DNA from: Fusobacteriota bacterium
Lineage (GTDB): Bacteria > Fusobacteriota > Fusobacteriia > JAPLKR01
DNA length: 64,000 nt
Direction: 5' to 3'
NCBI GenBank assembly: GCA_026387965.1
Contig: JAPLKR010000103.1
Coordinates: 529-64,528, forward strand
The notes beneath the pieces were generated by a model. It worked only from the letters and a program-made list of their open reading frames with translations, did not search any database and was not told the origin of the DNA. The position numbers and the translations under genes are program-made. The number at the start of each line of letters is the position of its first letter. The stretch's first letter is position 1. Positions 8,520-18,493 of the stretch are shown here, in pieces.

Positions 8520-9820
8520 TAGATAACACCTCCTATTTTTTTGTATTCTTGTAGAAAAATGTCCACTAAAAAGAAAGAGCCAATGACAAAATATACCTGA
8601 CATTTGATACCTAAAAAATAATTGCAAGCCATTTTAGTATCATCTATTCGAATGCATTCAAAATTTATATTTTTAGCTGCCATCTCAATATTATCCAAGT
8701 TACTCTTTTTAAACTCACCAGGTTTTGTAATATAAATTTTCTGAGTAATCTCTTTTAATGATTCCATCATAGAATTAACATTTTTATGCTCTGCACATCC
8801 AAATAGCACAGAAATCTCACTCTCCTTTACAATTGTTTTTAATGTGATAAGTGATGCTTTTACAGATTCAGCTGTATGTGCACAGTCCACAATAATCCAT
8901 GGTTTTTGAGAAATTATTTGGAATCTCCCCGGTAAAAATGCACTGCCTAGAGATTTTAAAATAGCACTTTCTTGGCAAATATATTTTTTCTTCAGAACGT
9001 TTTTTAATATTTGAAGTGCAAGTATAGCATTATATCCTTGATGTTTTCCAAAAAGTGCTGTTGAATACTCAATTCTTTTTCCATTAAAGATAGTAGAGTG
9101 ATCAAAACTATTTGAAACGAATTCTTTTATGCTACTTTCAATAAAAACGTTCGAAGTCTTAACTACTGAACACTGATGTGAAATCTCCTTTTTAACTATT
9201 TTTTTTTGAAAATATGAAAAATTAGGAACTCCTTTTTTAATTATACCACATTTTTGTCTTGATATTTCTTCGAGTGTATCGCCTAAAATCTCACAATGTT
9301 CTTTTTCAATTAACGTAATTGCAGTCGCGACCGGTTTAAAAATGTTGGTAGAATCGTATTTCCCTCCAAGGCCAGTCTCAAGAACTACAAAATCACATTT
9401 TTGCTGAATAAAATAATGTATTGCAAGTACTGTTAGCCATTCAAAAAAATTATATCTATTTTCTCTCTTTTGTACTTTCACAATTTTTTGTAAGTACTTT
9501 CCAATTCTAAGAAGTTCTTTTTCGTTCATTTCACTTCCCATAATTTTGATACGCTCGTACCAATGTGTGACATGTGGAGAGGTATATAATCCCACTTTAT
9601 ACCCACATGCGTGTAGACCACTTGCAACTTGAACTGCAACACTCCCCTTCCCTTTACTTCCTGCAATATGTATAATTTTAACTCTGTTTACCTTCAACTT
9701 AGAAATTTTTGAGAATTCATTCATATAACTTAAGTTCATCATGATTCTAGGTTCTTGATTTAACCCTCTAGAAAATATATATTCAAATAATTCGGTACAA
9801 CACTGGCTTAATTGTGACAT
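8519..9820 (-). CDS. folC: Folylpolyglutamate synthase / dihydrofolate synthase.
   Basis: ...IHIAGSKGKGSV... P-loop of the Mur ligase family, 433 aa, FolC-like N-terminus. RBS GGAG. Confidence 0.8.
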   Translation of the reverse strand: MSQLSQCCTELFEYIFSRGLNQEPRIMMNLSYMNEFSKISKLKVNRVKIIHIAGSKGKGSVAVQVASGLHACGYKVGLYTSPHVTHWYERIKIMGSEMNEKELLRIGKYLQKIVKVQKRENRYNFFEWLTVLAIHYFIQQKCDFVVLETGLGGKYDSTNIFKPVATAITLIEKEHCEILGDTLEEISRQKCGIIKKGVPNFSYFQKKIVKKEISHQCSVVKTSNVFIESSIKEFVSNSFDHSTIFNGKRIEYSTALFGKHQGYNAILALQILKNVLKKKYICQESAILKSLGSAFLPGRFQIISQKPWIIVDCAHTAESVKASLITLKTIVKESEISVLFGCAEHKNVNSMMESLKEITQKIYITKPGEFKKSNLDNIEMAAKNINFECIRIDDTKMACNYFLGIKCQVYFVIGSFFLVDIFLQEYKKIGGVI

Positions 9821-9995
9821 TTCAACTCCATTATCTTATGTATTTACATCACTATCTTATCATATTTGTTCAAAAAAATCTTCTGAAAATATTTATAGTT
9901 ACATTAATTTTGTTATATATTAACACATTCTGCATCTAAAGTTCACACAAATGCGATATAATACGATGAGTTATTACTTAAAAAAAGGACATAAA

Positions 9996-11000
9996 ATGAA
10001 GTATGATGTAATAATAGTTGGCGCTGGTCCCGCAGGGTTAGAACTTGCTCGAGAGTTACAATATTCACGCTTAACAGTACTAATAATAGAAAAGAATGAA
10101 GCAATTGGACCAAAAATATGTGCCGGAGGTTTAACTAGTAAAGATATAAATTTTTTAAATATTCCCCCTCAAATTATTGAAAACTCTTACACCTCTCTGA
10201 ATTTACACATCAATCGGAAAACATACCATATCAATCGGAAAAATCCTTTTATTTACACTATTGACCGTACATGTTTTGCAAAATGGCAACTTGAACAGTT
10301 AGAGAACCATATTGCTATTTGGAAAAACTGTAAAGTATGTGTCATAAATAGTAAAAAAAATTATATTGAAACATCTTCGGGTGGGAAAATTCATTATTCA
10401 TATCTTATTGGGGCTGATGGCTCTGCATCAATCGTTAGAAGTCATTTAGGGCTTTTAAGCAATAAAAGTATTATTGCTTTTCAATATCTTGTTAAAACGC
10501 AGGATTCACATTCTTTAGAACTTTTCTTAGATAGTAAAAAATTTGGGTCAACATATGTTTGGTTATTCCCTCATCACGAGTATATTTCTGTGGGGACAGG
10601 GTGTTTTCCAAAGTATTATGATTATAAACAACTTCAAAAAAACTTTTATGAATGGTTTGACTTACAAACGTTTTCAAAATATGAAAAAAAGTATGAAGTT
10701 TTTCCCATAAATTGTGACTTTCAAGGTTACCATTTTGACAATATTTATTTAGTGGGAGACGCTGCAGGGCTGGCTAGCGATATAAGTGGTGAAGGCATTT
10801 ATCAGGCACTTGTATCCGGAAATGAAGTGGCAAAACTCATTTTGAACCCGGCATATGAACCTAAAAAGCTCAACTATTTAATAAAACGAAAAAAATTCTA
10901 TCGTCGACTTTTAATGCTCCCCATTCTACTTGGTCCCTTCAGAACACAGCTTTATAAATTTACAGCACATTTATTGCAAAAAGGAAAATTAATAAAATAA
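9996..11000 (+). CDS. FAD-dependent oxidoreductase, geranylgeranyl reductase family.
   Basis: MKYDVIIVGAGPAGLELAREL Rossmann start, ...YLVGDAAGLASDISGEGI... near the C-terminus. Start set at the ATG at 9996. Confidence 0.65.
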   Translation: MKYDVIIVGAGPAGLELARELQYSRLTVLIIEKNEAIGPKICAGGLTSKDINFLNIPPQIIENSYTSLNLHINRKTYHINRKNPFIYTIDRTCFAKWQLEQLENHIAIWKNCKVCVINSKKNYIETSSGGKIHYSYLIGADGSASIVRSHLGLLSNKSIIAFQYLVKTQDSHSLELFLDSKKFGSTYVWLFPHHEYISVGTGCFPKYYDYKQLQKNFYEWFDLQTFSKYEKKYEVFPINCDFQGYHFDNIYLVGDAAGLASDISGEGIYQALVSGNEVAKLILNPAYEPKKLNYLIKRKKFYRRLLMLPILLGPFRTQLYKFTAHLLQKGKLIK

Positions 11001-11023
11001 AAATCAATTAAGGAGATATTTAC

Positions 11024-12451
11024 ATGCCAAAGAAAGTTTTAGTAATACTTGCTTCAGCATTAGTACTCTGTTTAACCTCAACAACTTTTGCTGCTACTTC
11101 TAATATAGTACGGAGCAACATAAGTGCTATTAATTCCACACTTATGTATCAGGTGCGGCCCGGAGACACTCTTAATGATATTGCGGCGAGTGCCCATGTT
11201 ACACCCTCAGATATTCAAATACTCTATCAACAAAACAGAGGTCAATTAACACCTGGAGACTTGCTCATTTTTGTGAATGAGTATCAAACAAATGATTATA
11301 CATGGACTAAATATTCCAATCTTCTATCAAAATCATCTTACATTATGACTGTACAGTCCGGGCAAACACTAAATGGTATCGCAGCTCAGTATAATGTTAG
11401 TCCTTCTGATTTAGTATTTCTTTACAGAAAAAGTTCCTCTGTTGTCTCACCAGGTGACAAATTATTACTCCCAGTTCCTAAAAATACAGATAAAGTTAAG
11501 ACAACAACTGCTAGATTAGTAACAGGGCTTAGCTATCAAGTTCAACCAGGTGATTCGATTTCTAGTATTTGTACATACTTACATATGCCACAAACACTTT
11601 TACTACAGTTAAACCCAGATGTCAGCGATCAAAATATTCGTGCTGGCCAAATGCTCTCTATAGGTAATGTGTTTGCTCAACTCTACACAGTTAAGCGTGG
11701 AGATACCCTTATGGGAATTGCTCAAAATTTTAATGCATCCCCAACAGATATTGCAGTTATATATCGTTCAAACCCAAATTACCTTAATCCCGGAGATAAA
11801 ATCCTGATTAATATACAAAAATGGGTTCCACAGCCTCAACAAGCAACACCTGCTCCTAATTCTCCTACACCTACTTCAAGTGTGGGAAATCAAATAAATT
11901 ATGTGTCAGCTACTTATTCAACGGGAAGTGATAATAGCTTCTCTTCTAACAATGCAACAACAAGTGGAAGTTCAACAAGCTCTACCCCACTTACTCAAAA
12001 ACAGCTCGTAGCCCAATACTCTAATCAATATAATGTAAACCCTAATTTAATTTATGCTATCATTCGTGCTGAAAGTGGTTTTAATCCCTATGCCCTTTCA
12101 CCTGCAAACTGTTATGGGTTAATGCAACTAAGCTTACCAACAGCAAGACTTTTTGATAAATCAATCAATTCTCGAAATATTTATAATCCTGAAACAAATA
12201 TTCGTATTGGAATTAAATATTTCAAAGTATTGATGAATCAATTTAATAATAATTTAGTCTGTGCCATTGCAGCTTACAATGCTGGTAGTCAAAATGTAGT
12301 GAATTGGCTTCAAAATAATCCAAATTTAAGCATCTCAGATATTCCATTCTACGCAACTCGCCAATATGTGCAAGCTGTATTGACATTTTACAATCAATAT
12401 CAACAAAATGGAACATTTGGTGCTACATCAACCTCTCAAACTGAAAATTAG
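11024..12451 (+). CDS. Secreted protein with four LysM repeats and a C-terminal lytic transglycosylase (SLT) domain.
   Basis: Signal peptide. Four repeats of the form YQVRPGDTLNDIA / MTVQSGQTLNGIA / YQVQPGDSISSI / YTVKRGDTLMGIA (LysM). SLT motif AIIRAESGFNPYALSPANCYGLMQLSLPTA...AYNAGSQNV. Confidence 0.8.
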   Translation: MPKKVLVILASALVLCLTSTTFAATSNIVRSNISAINSTLMYQVRPGDTLNDIAASAHVTPSDIQILYQQNRGQLTPGDLLIFVNEYQTNDYTWTKYSNLLSKSSYIMTVQSGQTLNGIAAQYNVSPSDLVFLYRKSSSVVSPGDKLLLPVPKNTDKVKTTTARLVTGLSYQVQPGDSISSICTYLHMPQTLLLQLNPDVSDQNIRAGQMLSIGNVFAQLYTVKRGDTLMGIAQNFNASPTDIAVIYRSNPNYLNPGDKILINIQKWVPQPQQATPAPNSPTPTSSVGNQINYVSATYSTGSDNSFSSNNATTSGSSTSSTPLTQKQLVAQYSNQYNVNPNLIYAIIRAESGFNPYALSPANCYGLMQLSLPTARLFDKSINSRNIYNPETNIRIGIKYFKVLMNQFNNNLVCAIAAYNAGSQNVVNWLQNNPNLSISDIPFYATRQYVQAVLTFYNQYQQNGTFGATSTSQTEN

Positions 12452-12523
12452 CTTTAATAATCATATCCTTTATGATACACTACTATTGTGCATTATAAAG
12501 GATATTTTATTTGAGGAGTTTAT

Positions 12524-13102
12524 ATGAAAATTAGAAATTTTATAATTATTGGAGTGCTTCTAACTCTGGTTGGCTGTACTGCGGTTCAGCCCACATCTAA
12601 CACTACGTTTTCTTCAGTACCTTCATATGCTTTAGTTTCATCTGATATCGTCCCTCAAAATATACAAGAGTTTGTAATCCCTTTTTCAAAAACATCTATG
12701 ATTGACCCATATATCATTTACGGTATTATTAAAATGGAAAGTGATTTTGAACCTAATGCCCGTGCCTATTCTTACTACGGTCTTATGCAGCTGAGTCTTC
12801 CAGCCGCAAGAAGTATTGATTCAAATGTATCAGAAAGAGATTTATTTATTCCTAAAATAAATGTTCATATTGGAATTCTCTATTTTCAAACACTCTTGAC
12901 ACAATTCAATAACAATAACATGCTCGCTATTGCTGCCTATAATGCTGGAAGTCAAAATGTTGCAACTTGGCTTCAAAATAATCCAAATCTCAACTTGTCA
13001 GGGATCCCTTATAAATCTACTCGAAACTATATTCAAGGAATCATAGATTTTTATGCGCTATGTAAGAAAAATGAGCTCCCTCCTTCTTCCGAAACACAAT
13101 AG
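12524..13102 (+). CDS. Lipoprotein lytic transglycosylase (SLT domain). Paralog of the 11024 C-terminal domain.
   Basis: Lipobox LVGC. ...IIKMESDFEPNARAYSYYGLMQLSLPAAR...AYNAGSQNVATWLQNNPNL nearly repeats the upstream gene. RBS GAGGAG. Confidence 0.75.
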   Translation: MKIRNFIIIGVLLTLVGCTAVQPTSNTTFSSVPSYALVSSDIVPQNIQEFVIPFSKTSMIDPYIIYGIIKMESDFEPNARAYSYYGLMQLSLPAARSIDSNVSERDLFIPKINVHIGILYFQTLLTQFNNNNMLAIAAYNAGSQNVATWLQNNPNLNLSGIPYKSTRNYIQGIIDFYALCKKNELPPSSETQ

Positions 13103-13184
13103 CATTAATTTTACTTTATTTTTTAGTATCTTTGTGTTAAACTGATTTTAACAGCCTTAATTGTCTAATCTACAAGGAGAGTTC

Positions 13185-13808
13185 ATGAATAAACTTTATA
13201 AATTTATCATTGTCATAGGTATTTTATGTGTCGCAGGATGTACAAATCTTACTTCCAAAGATGCATATCATTCATCTAATATTCAATCAATACCGCCATC
13301 ACAGCCAATTTATAGAGTACCTACATCAGTGAATATGAACTACCCTCCAAATTATGGAGTTATTTCAACAACACTAGTTCCCCAAAATATTCAAGATATG
13401 GTCATCCCATATGCTAAAATGTACGCCATAGATCCTCTAATTATCTATGCCATCATCAAAGCAGAGAGCAATTTTAATCCGTCCGTCAAATCCCATGCTA
13501 ACTGCTATGGACTCATGCAGCTCGGGCTTCCAACCGCTCAAGATGTTGACCCAAGTGTCTCAGTTCAAGATTTGTTTGACCCAAACACCAACATACGAAT
13601 TGGAACTATCTTTATGAAATACTGTTTAATGAAATACCCCAACAATTTAGGGTATGCTGTATCTGCTTATAATGCAGGACTCGGAAGTGTTCAACGTTGG
13701 GTTAAAGCTAATCCAAATTTCACAATTAATGATATTCCCTATAAAGAAACACGCAACTATGTCCAAGCCATTATGAATAATTATTTGAAATATAGTAATT
13801 TAATATAA
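13185..13808 (+). CDS. Lipoprotein lytic transglycosylase (SLT domain). Third paralog.
   Basis: Lipobox VAGC. ...IIKAESNFNPSVKSHANCYGLMQLGLPTAQ...AYNAGLGSV. Start at ATG 13185 with RBS AAGGAGAG. Confidence 0.7.
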   Translation: MNKLYKFIIVIGILCVAGCTNLTSKDAYHSSNIQSIPPSQPIYRVPTSVNMNYPPNYGVISTTLVPQNIQDMVIPYAKMYAIDPLIIYAIIKAESNFNPSVKSHANCYGLMQLGLPTAQDVDPSVSVQDLFDPNTNIRIGTIFMKYCLMKYPNNLGYAVSAYNAGLGSVQRWVKANPNFTINDIPYKETRNYVQAIMNNYLKYSNLI

Positions 13809-13817
13809 AGGAGTTAT

Positions 13818-15386
13818 ATGATTCTTCGATTAAACAATGTTACTATCCCTATCACTAAAAGACAAGATGAATCTATTCTTGAAGCTCTGCAAGAATATAA
13901 AATTATTCCTGAAGCTATTGACCATATTAATTATCTTACACGTTCTATTGATTCAAGAAGTAAACAGATGGTGTATTTTATATACTCTCTTGAAGTACAT
14001 TTGAAATATCCCATTTCGATTACACATGACAAAATTGAAATCATCGAAAAAGAAACTCGAAAAAATTGGATAAAAAATCCCTATAAAGCCAATAATGTGG
14101 CTATCATTGGGTCCGGTCCTGCCGGACTTTTTGCAGCCTATAAATTGGTGCAGCTTGGATTCAAACCTCATATATTTGAACGCGGAGAGCCTATTGAAAT
14201 AAGAAAAAAAAGTGTCAATTTTTTTTGGACAAAAAATGTCTTTAATCCAGAATCAAATGTTCAATTTGGTGAGGGTGGAGCGGGTACTTTTTCTGATGGT
14301 AAGCTCACACATCGAATGAAGGGAAACCCTTATCTTAATGAAGTTTTTCAGCTTTTTGTTGAGTGTGGTGCTCAAAAAGAGATACTTTTCGACTATATGC
14401 CTCACATCGGTACCGATAGACTTCAAGTTGTTGTGCGAAATATCCGAAGAAAGCTAGAGGAACATGGCGCAGTATTTCATTTTAATTCAAAGCTTACAGA
14501 TATTGTAACTATGGGAAGCCAAATAGAAAGAATCATAATAAACAACAATGAAAGTTTTGATGTATCTGCGGTAATACTTGCCACAGGTCATAGCGCAACA
14601 GATGTTTATCATCTTCTAAACAACAAAAAAGTAGGCATGGAGTCTAAGGATTTTGCCGTCGGTTTAAGAATTGAACATCCAAGAACTCTAATTGATAAAA
14701 TGCAATATGGTCGTTTTGCAGGTCACCCCGCTCTTGGGGCTGCAACCTATAAATTCACCTATAACAATACGCATGATAAGCGTGGGGTCTACTCTTTTTG
14801 CATGTGTCCTGGCGGCGAAATTGTCAATGCTGCATCTGAACGCGGACATACTTTAGTAAACGGAATGAGCCTTTCGCATCGAAACTCAAATTTTTCTAAC
14901 TCTGCAATAGTGGTAGCAGTTAAGAAAAGTGACTATGGAAGAAATCTATTTGATGGTGTACATTTTCAAAGAAAACTTGAAAAGCAAATTAATTCACTGA
15001 CGCAAGCTGAAGGAACACTTTTCCAAAATCTATCTGATTTTCAAAAAAATTGTGTTACCATAAATGAGATAGAGAGCAGTTTTAGAATGAAGTTAACACC
15101 GTATAATTTAAATAAACTTCTTCCAAATTTTATCACTGAAAATCTTCATCTTGCTTTTGAGAGTTGGAAACGACATAAATATTTTATCTCAGATACAGCC
15201 AACCTATTTGCAGCTGAAACACGCACTTCAGCACCGATTAGAATCCTGAGAAATGAAGATGGAAGCTCTGTAAGCATAAAAAACCTCTTCCCTATTGGCG
15301 AAGGGGCTGGTTATGCTGGAGGTATTGTCAGTTCGGCCGTGGATGGGCTAAAGGTCGTAGAGCAAAATTTTGCAAAAGAAGTATAA
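13818..15386 (+). CDS. FAD-dependent dehydrogenase, COG2509-type ('NAD(FAD)-utilizing dehydrogenase').
   Basis: 522 aa. Rossmann GxGxxG (VAIIGSGPAGLFAAYKL) after an N-terminal extension. C-terminal ...FPIGEGAGYAGGIVSSAVDG. Confidence 0.55.
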   Translation: MILRLNNVTIPITKRQDESILEALQEYKIIPEAIDHINYLTRSIDSRSKQMVYFIYSLEVHLKYPISITHDKIEIIEKETRKNWIKNPYKANNVAIIGSGPAGLFAAYKLVQLGFKPHIFERGEPIEIRKKSVNFFWTKNVFNPESNVQFGEGGAGTFSDGKLTHRMKGNPYLNEVFQLFVECGAQKEILFDYMPHIGTDRLQVVVRNIRRKLEEHGAVFHFNSKLTDIVTMGSQIERIIINNNESFDVSAVILATGHSATDVYHLLNNKKVGMESKDFAVGLRIEHPRTLIDKMQYGRFAGHPALGAATYKFTYNNTHDKRGVYSFCMCPGGEIVNAASERGHTLVNGMSLSHRNSNFSNSAIVVAVKKSDYGRNLFDGVHFQRKLEKQINSLTQAEGTLFQNLSDFQKNCVTINEIESSFRMKLTPYNLNKLLPNFITENLHLAFESWKRHKYFISDTANLFAAETRTSAPIRILRNEDGSSVSIKNLFPIGEGAGYAGGIVSSAVDGLKVVEQNFAKEV

Positions 15387-15398
15387 GTAAAAATTAAG

Positions 15399-15652
15399 AT
15401 AACTATAGTCCCCCTTTATTTGAACTGAATCAAATAAAATTTTTTGAAGGTTATAAGGAGCTTACTGCAGAAATTATTTCAAAAAAAATTAAAGGATATT
15501 ATAATTTTTCCGATGTTATTGCTGTAATAAAAGAAATTAGAAAAGCCTATGATAGAAGACAATTAATAGAATACTCAATTACCTACATCAATAGCGAGCA
15601 TTTTACCTATAAAATATATTTACAACAAGGAGATATATCATGAAAAGAATGT
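15399..15652 (+). other. Open reading frame of about 84 codons with no ATG/GTG/TTG start. Its TGA overlaps the ATG of the next gene (tcATGa). Possible gene remnant.
   Basis: Frame reads DNYSPPLFELNQIKFFEGYKELTAEIISKKIKGYYNFSDVIAVIKEIRKAYDRRQLIEYSITYINSEHFTYKIYLQQGDIS* with no Met anywhere. Confidence 0.25.
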
Positions 15653-16581
15653 TTGAAGTAACCTCAATTGAAATCGAGACATGGGGGAAAAATGAGTTAA
15701 TTGAATCGATTAAAACTACTGAAGCTAGAACCATAATGGCTGAAACAGTCGTAAGCGTTAAATCATTTGTAGGTGGATGTAGCAATCCTGAAACTGCTTC
15801 TGCTTTTGGCGCAGATATGATTACTCTAAATATGTTTAATCTTTTAGAACCCTATATCATGAATTTTGAAGATCCAGAATTTGAAGATGAAACCACTTCT
15901 GGCACACTCCAGACGCTATTGGCTGACATTAAATCTAAAACAAAAGATATCAATATTATTAGAAGACTCAAAAAACGCACCGGTCGTTTTATTGGTTTAA
16001 ATATGGAACCAATCCCTAATGGCATTAAATATCCAGAAGGCTATAAACTGACAAAAGATAATTTGCTACGAGTTAAAAAGCTCGGATTTGATTATATTGT
16101 AATTACTGGAAATCCTAAAACCATGATTACTATGCAAGGAATTGTTGATGGAATTCTTTTAGCAAAAGAGGTTTTAGGTGATTCATGTTTAATAATAGCT
16201 GGGAAAATGCATGGAGCAGGCTCAGGAAATTTATATAAAAAAGAAGATATGGTCAAATTTGCAGCCGCAGGAGCTGATGTGGTCATGATCGGGGCCCCAT
16301 TAACACTTCCTGGAATGACCATCGATGTTGCCAAGGAAATTATCGACGCCATACATCAAAACGGCAAATTAGCATTAACTGCCATAGGAACATCTCAAGA
16401 AGGCGCCGATAGGGCTGTTATCGAGCAAATTGCCCTTGCTTCTAAGCAGGCTGGGTCAGATATTATTCATATTGGTGACGCAGGCTTTTGTGGAATTGCC
16501 GATCCAGAAAATATCAAGTATATGTCTATCGCTATAAGAGGAAAAAGACACACCTATAGTAGAATTGTCAATAGAAAATAG
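15640..16581 (+). CDS. TIM-barrel protein, tentatively PF09370-like (phosphoenolpyruvate hydrolase-like / 'TIM-barrel signal transduction' family).
   Basis: 313 aa, RBS AAGGAGA. Segments ...GADVVMIGAPLTLPG... and ...IIHIGDAGFCGIADPENIKYM... resemble that family from memory. No alignment was run. Confidence 0.3.
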   Translation: MKRMFEVTSIEIETWGKNELIESIKTTEARTIMAETVVSVKSFVGGCSNPETASAFGADMITLNMFNLLEPYIMNFEDPEFEDETTSGTLQTLLADIKSKTKDINIIRRLKKRTGRFIGLNMEPIPNGIKYPEGYKLTKDNLLRVKKLGFDYIVITGNPKTMITMQGIVDGILLAKEVLGDSCLIIAGKMHGAGSGNLYKKEDMVKFAAAGADVVMIGAPLTLPGMTIDVAKEIIDAIHQNGKLALTAIGTSQEGADRAVIEQIALASKQAGSDIIHIGDAGFCGIADPENIKYMSIAIRGKRHTYSRIVNRK

Positions 16582-17780
16582 TAATTACTTTGATGGAGAA
16601 ATGAAAGATGTATTAAATAATTATATACTACTTTCTGCCGTAAAAATGAGAAATCAAAAGTATCTGTTAGCCATTCGTGATGAACTCATGCTTTCAATAC
16701 CATTTATGATCTTTGAGCCCTTTTCCCTAATTATTGAGATTTTCCACTACCAGGAAGGTTGCCTCTTATTCATCGTTTATTTGTTGGAAGTTTTGATATT
16801 TATATTAATATGCCTGTTAACGTTACCTATCAATTAATGAGCATTTATTCGTTGAGAGAGTTGCCTACCGACTTGCCAAAAATTATAAAACACTTCAACC
16901 TTTAGCTGCCGGTGCAACTGCTTTTTCAATTTTTATGATGGTAATGCCCTTTTAAAATGATTCCATTCAAAATATTGTTGGCATTGAATACCATTTTTCT
17001 GTTGAGTGAATACCTATAAATATTTTAGGTAGTGGTGAGATGCTTGTGCCCATTTTATTTGCGATGCTTTCCACTGAACTATATCGTTTTTTGTCTATAA
17101 AAAATTACATTATAAATACCAGATAGTGTGCCTCCTGCAGTTTTTCAGTCATTTTCTGTTCTAGTTCCTGCATTGGCAGTCATTGTCGTATCCTGGTTAA
17201 TAAAAATGGTAATTATAGTAACACCATATATTAATCTTTTAAATATTATTCGAGAAATCGTTGCAAAACCATTAGTCTGGGCAGGTGGGTCTTATCTTGG
17301 AGAATTACCCTGTGCATTTTCAAAATATGTACTGTGAGCTGTTAGTAATCACTGGACTGGACCCAATATTAATTACATTGTCTGATTAATACAGAGTCGC
17401 CGCATTACATGAACTACCTCTTCCCAATATCGTTACCAATTCATTTGCAGATATTTTTGTAAATTTTGGTGGATCAGGATGTCAATTTGGTTTAACAATA
17501 CTACTATTATTTAGAACGATAAGTCAACAACATATACAAATCAGATTCTTAAGTTTTGGGGCTTGTTAATTTTATATCAACAAACGATTAATGTTTTGTA
17601 TCCCTATCGTGTTAAATCCAATGATGATGATTCTATTTATATATTACTCCCCTGGTTATAACAACTGTAACTTATTGGGCAACTTATTTGGGATTGCTCA
17701 CTCATCAAACAAGTGTTATTGTACCTTGAACAACTCCTATTTTATAGGACGTCTATATTTTTTATCTATTTTAGTGTAGC
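16565..17780 (+). pseudogene. PTS lactose/cellobiose-family EIIC (ChbC-like) pseudogene with multiple frameshifts and in-frame stops.
   Basis: Fragments in three frames match ChbC blocks in order: MKDVLNNYILLSAVKMRNQKYLLAIRDELMLSIPFMI; IPDSVPPAVFQSFSVLVPALAVIVV (compare ChbC [23 protein letters not shown]); IPIVLNPMMMI (compare LPIIMNPVMFI). The fragments are separated by stops and frame changes. Confidence 0.7.
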
Positions 17781-17825
17781 CTATCCAGTTTCCAATATTG
17801 ATTATCCTTAGTCTATTTTAGAAGC

Positions 17826-18486
17826 AACCATATATATTAACAGGTCTCCATGCAGTAACCTTTCAAGATATCCCTCGAAGGAAATTCAATTATTTCACTC
17901 ATGCCACACTTCTTGATCAAGTTGAAATTGTACGTAATTCATATATAGGAAAGAACGTTTTGATTAAAGGCAATATTATTGTTGGTGACAACACTCTTAT
18001 TGACAATGGTGCTATGATTGGAAATAATGTCGTTATTGGAAATAATTGCAAAAACCTAATCTATTGTATCTTTGAAGAAAATTCTACTATCGGTGATTTT
18101 TCGACCATCAACCACTGCGCAGAAATTGAAGTCATCTTGTTTGAAAAAGATGCGTTAGCAAACTATATGGAAATTCAAGGTATTGTGGTAAATACACTGA
18201 TATAGGAGCAGGAATATTATTTAGTCCCCTCCGTTTTGATGATAAAAATGTAATGCACAATATACATGGCGAGAAAATTAAACCAAAAAACTATGCTAAT
18301 GCCGGATTTGTTGGCGATTTTTTTAGGACTGCCGTTAATGCAGTGCTTATGCCTGGAGTTACGGTAGGTTCACGCTCACTTGTTGGGGTCAATGTTGTAT
18401 TAGAAAAGGATTTAGATCGCAATAAATCTATTTTTGTTAAACAAGAATTAGTTGAAAAAAATTGGAACGAAGAAAGATATGGGTGA
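17826..18486 (+). pseudogene. Remnant of an NDP-sugar pyrophosphorylase. The left-handed beta-helix (hexapeptide) C-terminal part is present, the N-terminus is missing, and it is frameshifted.
   Basis: ...NSYIGKNVLIKGNIIVGDNTLIDNGAMIGNNVVIGNNC... continues in another frame as ...ANAGFVGDFFRTAVNAVLMPGVTVGSRSLVGVNVVLEKDL. No nucleotidyltransferase domain and no start codon. Confidence 0.55.
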
Positions 18487-18493
18487 TAATATG

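Noticed and set aside
15603-15785. 60-aa minus-strand ORF overlapping the start of the 15640 gene.
   Set aside because: It is antisense to a gene with a good RBS and has a hydrophobic low-complexity translation. Likely spurious.
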